A DNA stretch of 64,000 bases from an uncultured Acidobacteriota bacterium (GTDB taxonomy: Bacteria; Acidobacteriota; Terriglobia; UBA7540). The notes under the pieces were generated by a model. The model had not been told where the DNA came from. It made no database searches and saw only the letters and a list, made by a program, of their open reading frames with translations. Below are positions 1 to 8,652 of the stretch, piece by piece. Every line of letters begins with the position of its first letter. Within the stretch, counting starts at the first letter, position 1. The translations under genes and the position numbers were made by a program. The stretch spans positions 96,001 through 160,000 of the forward strand of contig CAWDSK010000005.1 in NCBI GenBank assembly GCA_963804995.1. The letters run 5' to 3'.

Positions 1-297
1 CATGGACCGGCCCACGATACGGGGCCAAAGGGGCGCCAGTATTTCAAGCAGGTGCGGTTCCGCGCGGCGGACCTGCTTTCTGAAAACAAACGGTATGATC
101 TTACCGACTTCATCCACGCGCAGTGGTCCCCAGATTGGTTTTTGAACTGTAACGAATTACACAGTCTAGCATATTGCCCGGTGGCGGGGGAAACCGTTCA
201 GAGGCAGGTTGCCAATCCTGAACACCATGGCGTCTCGCCCTGCGCCCAGCCATGGCAGAATCATGGGCGGTGTGCCGCCGAGGCTAAAACACCTTGA
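1..297 (+). CDS. Partial CDS (3' end), unknown product
   Basis: Frame 1 is open from the window edge to TGA at 295-297; no family recognised. Confidence 0.35.
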   Translation, partial: HGPAHDTGPKGRQYFKQVRFRAADLLSENKRYDLTDFIHAQWSPDWFLNCNELHSLAYCPVAGETVQRQVANPEHHGVSPCAQPWQNHGRCAAEAKTP

Positions 298-345
298 CCC
301 TGCGAGGGGTTTCGACAAGAATAAGCCTGCAGGACCGTATACACT

Positions 346-1641
346 ATGAGCCCACGGAAACAACCTCCTGGTGATCGAGGCCGCACACTCGAAGTTGAAT
401 GGACAACGATCTCCTACCGCACGATTGCGTTATACGTTCTTTTGGCGTTGGTGCTGGTGGGAATTGTCATGTACCTGATTTCTCCCCAATATGTCACCCA
501 GAAGGCGAAGCGGGTGCTCGAAACGATTGTGGGCGACGCGGGGCGGGTGGTGAACTCGGAGTCGGCCGCTGGCCACAAGGAGGCCCACTTTGTAAATCTG
601 GATGGCACTGTGCGTGTCAAAAAGGCGCGCTCCTTGCAATGGATCCGGGCCGACTACAACACCAGCCTGGAAAAAGGCGATTTCGTGCAAACCGGCAGCG
701 ACGGCGTGGCGCGCATCATTTTTGCCGATGGCACGAACTACATGCTGCGGGCAGATGCCCTTATTGTGGTTGAGGAGAGCCGCGAAGATCCCGTAACTCG
801 CGCCACCAAGGTGGCGGTGCAGGTGACCTCTGGCGCGGTGGACCTTTCTACGGGCCGCTTTGAAACTCCGGGCTCGACCTCCCAGGTGGCCTTTGCGGAC
901 GCGGTGGCGTCTCTGAACCAGGAAAGCCATGCGGTCGTGCATAACGATCCTGACAAGAACGTCCACGAAATCACCATGGACCAGGGCCAGGCGCAGGTGA
1001 CGCGCGGCTCAACCAGCGTCCAACTGGGCCAATACGAGCAAGTCTCCTTTGAGTCCCAAGAGGCGGGCCTGGTGCGAACCAAGGTCATTGCTCCTCCCAC
1101 CCTGTTGTCACCTCGCAACATGGAGTTGAAACTCGTCAGGGATCCCAAGTCCGCGGTTCTGGAATTTTCCTGGACGGAGGTGCCCGAAGCGAAGTCCTAC
1201 CACTTGCGGATTTCTCCCTCCGTGATGCTCACGAACTTTGCGGTGGACAAGAAATTCACCGGGCGCACGTCCACTGAGATTACCGGCCTGGAAGAAGGGA
1301 ATTACTATTGGGTTGTTTCTTCGATTAATGCTAAAGGAGCGGAAAGCGAGCCCAGCCAGGCCAACCGGCTGAACTTGGTGCAGGAACTTGCCGGCAACCA
1401 GGCTTATCTGGAAATTACCAAAATCATTCAGCACGGGAGAGTGGTGGAGGTGCAGGGAAAGACTGAGCCCGGCTCCACCGTCATCATCAACAACGAGCAA
1501 GTCTTTTCGATTTCGCCCGACGGAACGTTTCGGCACTTCACGTCGCCCATGACGAATACCGGCTCGAACCAGATCACCATCACCGCGCAAGATCACAAGG
1601 GCGACACCAATACGATCCGGAAGACTGTTGTGATCGAATGA
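346..1641 (+). CDS. Membrane-anchored FecR-domain protein with fibronectin III/Ig-like C-terminal domains
   Basis: N-terminal TM helix; FecR-like motif GDFVQTGSDGVARIIFADGT; FN3-like FSWTEVPEAKSYHLRIS...GLEEGNYYWVVSSIN. Confidence 0.75.
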   Translation: MSPRKQPPGDRGRTLEVEWTTISYRTIALYVLLALVLVGIVMYLISPQYVTQKAKRVLETIVGDAGRVVNSESAAGHKEAHFVNLDGTVRVKKARSLQWIRADYNTSLEKGDFVQTGSDGVARIIFADGTNYMLRADALIVVEESREDPVTRATKVAVQVTSGAVDLSTGRFETPGSTSQVAFADAVASLNQESHAVVHNDPDKNVHEITMDQGQAQVTRGSTSVQLGQYEQVSFESQEAGLVRTKVIAPPTLLSPRNMELKLVRDPKSAVLEFSWTEVPEAKSYHLRISPSVMLTNFAVDKKFTGRTSTEITGLEEGNYYWVVSSINAKGAESEPSQANRLNLVQELAGNQAYLEITKIIQHGRVVEVQGKTEPGSTVIINNEQVFSISPDGTFRHFTSPMTNTGSNQITITAQDHKGDTNTIRKTVVIE

Positions 1642-1693
1642 GCCAGCCCCTCGCCCGTCATCCAGGCCCAGCAGAGCAGGAGTTCACAAGCGA

Positions 1694-2719
1694 ATGAACC
1701 TTCGTTCCTTATTCAGCCTTTTTTCTTCCGACCTCGCCATCGACCTGGGCACGGCCAACACCTTGGTGTACGCCAAGGGTAAAGGCATCGTCGTGAACGA
1801 ACCCTCGATTGTGGCCATCAACAAGGTCAATGGCGAAATTGAAGCCGTGGGCCGCGATGCCAAGGAAATGCTGGGCCGCACGCCCGGAAATATTGTGGCC
1901 ATCCGCCCCTTGAAAGACGGTGTCATTGCCGACTTCAAGGTGACCGAGAAAATGCTGGCCTATTTCATTCAAAAAGCCCACAACCGCAAGATGTTTGTCC
2001 ACCCGCGGATTGTCATCGGCGTCCCCTCGGAAATTACCCAGGTGGAAAAACGTGCCGTACAGGACTCCGCCATGCGTGCCCGCGCCAGCGACGTCTTCCT
2101 GGTGGAACAGGCGATGATGGCGGCCATCGGGGCGGGTCTGCCCATTACCGAGCCTTCCGGCAGCATGATTGTGGATATCGGCGGCGGCACCACCGACATC
2201 GCCGTTATCTCTCTGTCCGGGATCGTTTACAGCCGCTCCGTGCGGGTGGCCGGCAACGAAATGGACGAAGCCATCACTGCCTACCTCAAGCGCAAATACA
2301 ATCTGCTGGTGGGCGAGCGCACGACGGAGCAAATCAAAATAGAAATCGGCTCCGCCTACCCCCTGGAGAAACCCCTGACCATGGAAATCAAGGGGAGGCA
2401 TTTACTCGAAGGCATCCCCAAGACGCTCACCATCGACGATTCGGAAATTCGTGACGCCTTATCTGAGTGCGTGTCCACTATCCTCAACGCCATTCGTGTC
2501 GCCCTGGAGCGCACACCGCCGGAGCTCTCCGCCGACATCTCCGACCGGGGAATTGTCCTGACCGGCGGCGGCGGCCTGCTCAAGAACCTGGATAAACGCA
2601 TTCGGGAAGAGACGGGGTTGCCCGTCTCCATCGCCGAGGACCCTCTAGCATCGGTAGTATTAGGCACCGGCAGAATGTTGACGGATTTTGACCTTCTCCG
2701 CCGGGTTGCGATAGAATAG
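1694..2719 (+). CDS. mreB: Rod shape-determining protein MreB
   Basis: DLAIDLGTANT, IVDIGGGTTD and GIVLTGGG actin-like ATPase motifs. Confidence 0.98.
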   Translation: MNLRSLFSLFSSDLAIDLGTANTLVYAKGKGIVVNEPSIVAINKVNGEIEAVGRDAKEMLGRTPGNIVAIRPLKDGVIADFKVTEKMLAYFIQKAHNRKMFVHPRIVIGVPSEITQVEKRAVQDSAMRARASDVFLVEQAMMAAIGAGLPITEPSGSMIVDIGGGTTDIAVISLSGIVYSRSVRVAGNEMDEAITAYLKRKYNLLVGERTTEQIKIEIGSAYPLEKPLTMEIKGRHLLEGIPKTLTIDDSEIRDALSECVSTILNAIRVALERTPPELSADISDRGIVLTGGGGLLKNLDKRIREETGLPVSIAEDPLASVVLGTGRMLTDFDLLRRVAIE

Positions 2720-2906
2720 GCAACGCTTCTAGTCGGTAGCAAAAGATAAAATTGCTAATCTTATTAAGCGGCCGAGCCGATAATTGGATTGAGGGTATAC
2801 GAAGGTGGCAGAATTACCGGGCGCACTCTTACTCAACTGGAAACGCCCGCACGGGTTTGAGTACCGCATAAACTTGGGTTTCGACAACGGACCCGGATGT
2901 TTTTTG

Positions 2907-3824
2907 ATGTTTGATCCGAACTCCCCCGATTTGACGCGTCCGGTTGAGACCTTGGACCATGAGGGCCCGGACGTGCCCGCCTTCGTCAGCCGGCGACGCT
3001 ATTTCTTTGCCCTCCTGGCCGTGGTGATGGCGCAAGTCCTGCTGCTCTCCGTGCAGATTACCCGCAACGATAATGTGCGTTTGATCCGTTATTGGGCCGT
3101 GGCGGCGTTCGACCCCTTTGAGCGTTCCCTCGGTGGCCTCATAGATCTCTCCTCCAGCGCCTACACAACTTACCGCCACCTCTGGCACGCCCAGCAGGAG
3201 AACGAGGAGCTGCACGTACAGTTGGTGGCGGCACAGGAGAATATCCAGAAGCTGGCCGAACAGGCGGGTGAGGCGCAGCGCTTGCGGAGTCTGCTGGAAT
3301 TCAGGAACCAACTGGCTTTTCAGACCGTGGCGGCAGAGGTCATTGCCTCCAGTCCGGGAGAGAATTCCAACGCCATTTTTATCGATAAGGGCACAGATTA
3401 CGGACTGACCAGCGACCTAGCCGTCATCACTCCGGAAGGTGTGGTGGGCAAAATCCTGGCTATCTTCCCGCATAGCGCCCAGGTGCTGCTGGCCACGGAC
3501 CCCTCGAGTGGCGTGGGCGTGACCCTGGCCCAAAGCCGCGTGCAGGGTATCCTCAAGGGTGGCAGTGATAATCTCTGCCACGTTCACTACGTGATGAATG
3601 AGGAGCCCGTGGCGCGGGGCGAAACGGTGGTGACCTCCGGGCTTGACCAGGTCTACCCCAAAGGCCTCCCTGTGGGCGCCGTCGTGCAAGTGGGGAATGG
3701 CAATATCTATAAAGAGATCGCCGTGAAGCCCGCCGTGGACCTGAGCCGCCTCAAGATGGTACTGGTGGTCCTCAAGCCGGCCGCCGGCCGGCAACAAGCC
3801 ACGAACCTGCCCACCAGACCGTAA
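2907..3824 (+). CDS. mreC: Rod shape-determining protein MreC (start uncertain)
   Basis: TM helix plus coiled coil, IFIDKG, GVVGKI, VVTSGLDQVYPKGLPVG; lies between mreB and mreD. Confidence 0.95.
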   Translation: MFDPNSPDLTRPVETLDHEGPDVPAFVSRRRYFFALLAVVMAQVLLLSVQITRNDNVRLIRYWAVAAFDPFERSLGGLIDLSSSAYTTYRHLWHAQQENEELHVQLVAAQENIQKLAEQAGEAQRLRSLLEFRNQLAFQTVAAEVIASSPGENSNAIFIDKGTDYGLTSDLAVITPEGVVGKILAIFPHSAQVLLATDPSSGVGVTLAQSRVQGILKGGSDNLCHVHYVMNEEPVARGETVVTSGLDQVYPKGLPVGAVVQVGNGNIYKEIAVKPAVDLSRLKMVLVVLKPAAGRQQATNLPTRP

Positions 3825-3884
3825 TCCTTCGAAAACCGGGACTTGTTCCCAATCCCAACCCAATTCTGTTAGTCTAGTGGCCCG

Positions 3885-4397
3885 ATGCCTGCTTCCACCA
3901 GCCGTACGGTCGCGGTTTATCGTGTCCATCCTGTCATCCTTGCGGGTGCGGCGCTGGCGGCACTCCTCCTGCAAACCTTTTTGCCGCTCAAAGTGCCTCT
4001 GGCTCGTCTGATGGATTTCCCCCTGCTTATCGTCATCTATTTTGCGTTGCTGCGGCGGGATAAGCTTTTTGGCATCTTCCTGGGCACAGGCTTGGGCCTG
4101 CTGCAAGACGCTCTCTCGCACGGCTACATTGGTGTATTCGGCATCCCCAAGGCCATCGTGGGGTACCTGGCAGCGTCGGCGAGCACGCGTTTTGAGTTGG
4201 AGTCATTGTTCGCGCGCACCGTGCTGACCGCGATCTTCGTGCTGGTCAACAACCTGTGCCTGGCGGTACTTCAACGCGCCCTGCTTGAGTCGCCACCACC
4301 TTTTCAGCCCGTTGCCATGGCAAGCTCTGTGCTGGTAAACGTCGCGCTGGGCCTCATACTTTTTCAGATTCTCGATCGTTTCCGCCGCCCGGCGTGA
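3885..4397 (+). CDS. mreD: Rod shape-determining protein MreD
   Basis: Multi-TM 170 aa protein with GLLQDALS motif, downstream of mreC. Confidence 0.9.
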   Translation: MPASTSRTVAVYRVHPVILAGAALAALLLQTFLPLKVPLARLMDFPLLIVIYFALLRRDKLFGIFLGTGLGLLQDALSHGYIGVFGIPKAIVGYLAASASTRFELESLFARTVLTAIFVLVNNLCLAVLQRALLESPPPFQPVAMASSVLVNVALGLILFQILDRFRRPA

Positions 4398-4512
4398 GGG
4401 GTAAACCAGCCCGCTCTGGCGGCCCCAACCAGTGGTGGGCTGTCGCAGCGCGGCGCGGCAGAGCCGCAAGCAACACGTCTCGTAGGGGCAGGCCTCGTGG
4501 CGTGCCCGTACA

Positions 4513-4681
4513 TCAGCACCACCCCGGCGCTCGGCCCCGATCATCAATTTGGAAAGAACGCGCTATCGGGGCTCGGCGCGCCACCCACCTCATCTGAGGA
4601 GGGGAGCATTAAAGCGGAACTTCCTTCCTGATTTAGGAGGGGTGGCGCCGAAGGCAACGGGGTGGTTACGCGAGCACCTGG
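4513..4681. repeat. Composite palindromic REP-like element, family A (other copies 14053-14296, 27341-27507, partial 28757-28804)
   Basis: Shared CAGCACCACCCCG..CTCGGCCCCGATNATCAATTTGGAAA..GCTATCGGGG..CCTCATCTGAGG..GATTTAGGAGGGGTGGCG..GGGGTGGTT. Confidence 0.85.
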
Positions 4682-4795
4682 AGGCGAGGGGTGGTTACAG
4701 CGGGCTGGCCGAACCCCCGCTGCTGAGGTCCGCGGTTCTTCGTTGTGACCCCATACCTGCCAAATGGCGGTCCGTATGCGCCGCCCGCGATCCCA

Positions 4796-5593
4796 TCATT
4801 CCACCTCCAACACTTCCTGCACCACGGGTTCGCCGTACTGTGCGCTGCCGGTGCGCACCACCAAGTTGTCAAGGATGCGGGCGAAGCCGGGGCTATGCGT
4901 GTGCCCACACAGCACCACCATGGTCTGCGCCGGGTGGGAACACAGGAGGGTGGCCAGGCGGTCTCCCACGGCGCGGCAAGCAAAGTGCGGCAGGTAAGCG
5001 TCGTTCGAAATCTCGCCTTCGTGCCAGCACGATTCGCGAAAGGGCGGCACATGCGTGAGAACGATTACGTTCCGGAACTGGGTAAGAGCTTCGCGTGCAC
5101 GATTCTCGATGAATTCGGCCGCCTCATCGCCCAAGGCATTCAGCTTGAGGTAGCGTTCCTGCTTCTCCAAGCCGCATAGTTCCCCGATGAGCAAATAATC
5201 GTTCAACATGACCTCGGACCGGAAGAAATCGCCTAGGCGCCCGTCCGCCCACGAATCGTGGCCGACCAACGCGGTATTGGCGGTCAGGGGGATCACCCCG
5301 TTGGCGGTAAGCCAATGTAGCCAGGGAGAGGCGAGGGCTTCACGTGCCACCCTCTCCCGGACTGCAGCGATGGTGCCATGATAAAAATCGTGATTCCCCA
5401 GCACAAAGTATATCGGGATGCGCAGCTCCTCCGCGATCTCCGCCAGGAAAGTCGTCACGGAATCAGCTTCGCCCACGTCTCCACCGAGCAGAAGGCCCTG
5501 GAGCCTTTCCCGGCGAACCCGCGCGTAGAATTCCGAACGTTTCAGCGGGGACACAAAATTCAAGTGGATATCGGTTAGCCAGCCCAGTCGCAC
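4796..5593 (-). CDS. Calcineurin-like metallophosphoesterase
   Basis: TDIH, GGD, GNHD, THVPP and CGHTH metal-binding motifs; GTG start inferred. Confidence 0.92.
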   Translation of the reverse strand: MRLGWLTDIHLNFVSPLKRSEFYARVRRERLQGLLLGGDVGEADSVTTFLAEIAEELRIPIYFVLGNHDFYHGTIAAVRERVAREALASPWLHWLTANGVIPLTANTALVGHDSWADGRLGDFFRSEVMLNDYLLIGELCGLEKQERYLKLNALGDEAAEFIENRAREALTQFRNVIVLTHVPPFRESCWHEGEISNDAYLPHFACRAVGDRLATLLCSHPAQTMVVLCGHTHSPGFARILDNLVVRTGSAQYGEPVVQEVLEVE

Positions 5594-5674
5594 GTCAAAA
5601 GTATACAGCAAAACTTTCTGGATTCCCGCCCCTCGTCCGGCTGGCGCAGGCGGGTGAGGAGTCTCCGCGCAGCC

Positions 5675-5737
5675 GGTGCATATGGACCGAGGGTTGTGAT
5701 CGCAAACATGCCAAAATGCGGCACGTATGGGCCACCC
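5675..5737. repeat. GGTG-type REP, family F (other copies about 4741-4783, 47742-47804, partial 48146-48172)
   Basis: Shared GTTGTGAYC.CAWAC.TGCCAAA...CG..CGTATG hairpin. Confidence 0.7.
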
Positions 5738-5917
5738 GCGTGATTAGCCATTAAAAGCCGCGGAATCACAACGACAGGTCCGCGGTGCACTGGCTAGGAC
5801 AGCCTATCCACAGTTCTTTTACCAGAGACATCCTGTGTTCCCATAGCGTGCTAGAATTCCACTCTGCTCTGGCTCCGGTCACTAGCTAGCGAGGTCATTT
5901 TCAAGGAGGAGTTTTCC

Positions 5918-7330
5918 ATGTCGAAACCCACAACCTTTGGCGTCATCATCGGTAACCGAGGCTTTTTCCCGGCCGTACTGGCTCGTGATGGGCGCGAAGA
6001 AATCCTGCGCGTGTTGGAGAAGGAAGGGTACGCAAGCATTTGTCTGGGGCCCGAGGAAACTCAATTTGGTTCAGTTGAGACTCTTCACGACGCCCACAAA
6101 TGCGCGGAGCTATTCAGACAGCATCGCGACGAAATTGACGGTGTGCTGGTCAGCCTGCCGAACTTTGGCGACGAGCGGGGTGTGGCGAATTCCTTGCGCC
6201 TGGCGGGATTGGACGTGCCCGTGCTCATCCAGGCTTTCCCGGATGAGCCTCACAACATGCTGATGGGCGGCCGCCGTGACAGCTTCTGCGGCAAGATATC
6301 CGTCTGCAATAACCTCTGGCAATACGGGATCAAATACACTTTGACCTCGCGGCACACGGTGGCGCCCGCCTCCGCCGAATTCCAGTCTGACCTTAAATCG
6401 TTTGCGGCCACCTGCCGGATCGTGAAGGGGCTGAAGAACCTCCGCGTGGGCGTGTTGGGAGCGCGTCCGGCAGCCTTCAACACTGTGCGCTTCAGCGAAA
6501 AACTTATGGAACGCCACGGCATTTCGGTTGAGACGCTTGATCTATCCGAAGTCTTCGGCCGCATCGCCCGGCTCACCGACGATGACCCCAAGGTGCAAGC
6601 CAAAATCGCCGGCATCCACAATTATGTCAGCTCGCAAGGTGTGCCCGCGCCCTCACTCGTGAAGATGGCCAAGTTTGGTGTGATCGTGGATGACTGGATG
6701 TTGGATAACGATCTGGCGGGATCCTCCGTGCAATGCTGGACCGCTATGGAGGAATTTTTCGGCGTCGTCCCCTGCACGCTGATGAGCATGATGTCGAATA
6801 ACCTGCTGCCCAGCGCCTGCGAAACTGACATGATCGGGATGGTCGGCATGTATGTGCTGCAGCTTGCCGCGGGTGAGCCCAGCGCTATTGTGGATTGGAA
6901 CAACAATTACGGCGATGATCCTGACAAGGCCGTCATCTTCCATTGCTCGAACCTGCCCAAACACTTCTTTGAAGATTTCAAAATGGATTTCCAGGAAATC
7001 CTCTCGGGCACCGTGGGCAAAGAGAATTCCTTCGGAACCGTGGTCGGCAAGCTCAAGGCTGGGCCACTCACCTATTGCCGTGTTTCGACCGACGATTTAC
7101 GCGGCAAACTGCGCGCCTACTGCGGCGAAGGTGAGATCACATCCGAGAAGCTCCAAAGCTTCGGCGGGTATGGCGTGGTGAAAATCCCCGGATTGCAGGC
7201 GCTGCTCCAATACGTGTGCAAGCAGGGCTATGAGCACCACGTGGCCGTCAATCGCAGCCACTGCGGCCGCGCCGTCGTCGACGCGCTGGGGAATTACCAG
7301 GGCTGGGAGGTTTATCACCACGGTGCGTAG
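5918..7330 (+). CDS. L-fucose/L-arabinose isomerase family protein
   Basis: RRDSFCGKISVCNNL, ACETD, FHCSN and GYEHHVA motifs; AGGAG RBS. Confidence 0.88.
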   Translation: MSKPTTFGVIIGNRGFFPAVLARDGREEILRVLEKEGYASICLGPEETQFGSVETLHDAHKCAELFRQHRDEIDGVLVSLPNFGDERGVANSLRLAGLDVPVLIQAFPDEPHNMLMGGRRDSFCGKISVCNNLWQYGIKYTLTSRHTVAPASAEFQSDLKSFAATCRIVKGLKNLRVGVLGARPAAFNTVRFSEKLMERHGISVETLDLSEVFGRIARLTDDDPKVQAKIAGIHNYVSSQGVPAPSLVKMAKFGVIVDDWMLDNDLAGSSVQCWTAMEEFFGVVPCTLMSMMSNNLLPSACETDMIGMVGMYVLQLAAGEPSAIVDWNNNYGDDPDKAVIFHCSNLPKHFFEDFKMDFQEILSGTVGKENSFGTVVGKLKAGPLTYCRVSTDDLRGKLRAYCGEGEITSEKLQSFGGYGVVKIPGLQALLQYVCKQGYEHHVAVNRSHCGRAVVDALGNYQGWEVYHHGA

Positions 7331-7627
7331 GGGGCAGGTTGCAGGATGGGCCGGAGCTTACCTCACACTGGTTATAACCTCCTTATTATCATCATCCTAG
7401 CCCCGTCCGCCCATGGCCGCGGGGGTCACGGCAGAAGGGAGAAATCAGGCGGGAGTCGAGGTTTGCAGTCACGTATTTAAGATCGGATTTATCCGTACCA
7501 GACGGCCTCGGATTCAGCATAATCCGTCCGGAGAGAGCGCCAGGACAAGCCAGCGAAGTCGATTTGCTTTCGGTCATCTCAAGTGCTACCCTATTACCTT
7601 CGCTTCGCAATCTTAGGAGGCTCTATT

Positions 7628-7813
7628 ATGTTGCGTTCGTATCCGCTTTCTCGCTGCCCCGCTTGCAAGAAGGCATTCCGGATGGAGATCAAGAGTCCCA
7701 CCGCCCCTCAACCCAACCCGGGTCTGGCCGTCTGTCCCCACTGCGGCCTGCAGTTTCAGCGCTTCGACCCGAAGTACCTAAAGGGAGTAGCTGCCCAAAC
7801 TGCTGCTCGGTAA
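7628..7813 (+). CDS. Small zinc-ribbon protein (61 aa)
   Basis: AGGAGG RBS; CPAC...CPHC pair. Confidence 0.65.
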   Translation: MLRSYPLSRCPACKKAFRMEIKSPTAPQPNPGLAVCPHCGLQFQRFDPKYLKGVAAQTAAR

Positions 7814-7916
7814 TTTTCGCCCCTCTGCTTAGCCATTGTTTCCGATACCCCGGCTCAGGCCCGAGGCAGGTGGCGACGTGTCCACCCGACGAACAAACTG
7901 CGTTACAATTCAATTC

Positions 7917-8387
7917 ATGATCCGCTCTGACTCCGGGCGCGTACGTTGGCGCCTCATTCTGATTCAACTCGTGGTTGTTGCGGGACTGGTGGCCTTCTTC
8001 AAGTTTTATCTTCCACGTTTCGACCGTGAGAAAGCGGCTCACGCAGCCGCGGAGCGCGAGCGGAGGATTGAAGCCTTCTTTCCGAAAGAAATCGTGGAAG
8101 ACCCCTCACACGAAGTTGCCGTTTCCTTGGAGGGTTCCATCGTGAAGCGGCACCCACAGAGGCTCCGCGCAACACTCAGCGTGGAAGACGTGGAAGCCGA
8201 GCTTGGCGTGCCTGACCTCTCTACGACTGACTTCCGCGGGGGCCAGCATCTAACCTGGATCGGCGCCACCCACAAGATCCAAGGATCCTTCAATGCCGGA
8301 CGCCTTTATTGCCTCACCCACGAAGATCGCTCGACCGGTCACGGCGTGATGGTCTTTGACTCCATCTGGTCGTGGCACCCCTACTGA
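7917..8387 (+). CDS. Hypothetical membrane-anchored protein
   Basis: N-terminal hydrophobic helix and a coherent ORF. Confidence 0.65.
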   Translation: MIRSDSGRVRWRLILIQLVVVAGLVAFFKFYLPRFDREKAAHAAAERERRIEAFFPKEIVEDPSHEVAVSLEGSIVKRHPQRLRATLSVEDVEAELGVPDLSTTDFRGGQHLTWIGATHKIQGSFNAGRLYCLTHEDRSTGHGVMVFDSIWSWHPY

Positions 8388-8652
8388 CAGAGAAGGCAGT
8401 AGGCAGTAAGCAGTAGGCAGTAAGTGAGGTTTGTCTGCCAGGTGTCGCGACGGACGGAGCCTGATGGACCTTGGGCAACCACTTCACGATGAGTTGGATG
8501 CGAGGGCAATTGGCCGCGAAGCCATATCGATAAAGAATTCAATCATGGCGGTTGAGAATCCCGCGCCGGAAGACCGCAGAACTATTGATGGGGGAATGTC
8601 GCTCGCTGCCTACTGCCTTCTGCTTACTGCCTACTGTCTTCCCTTTGCGGGG

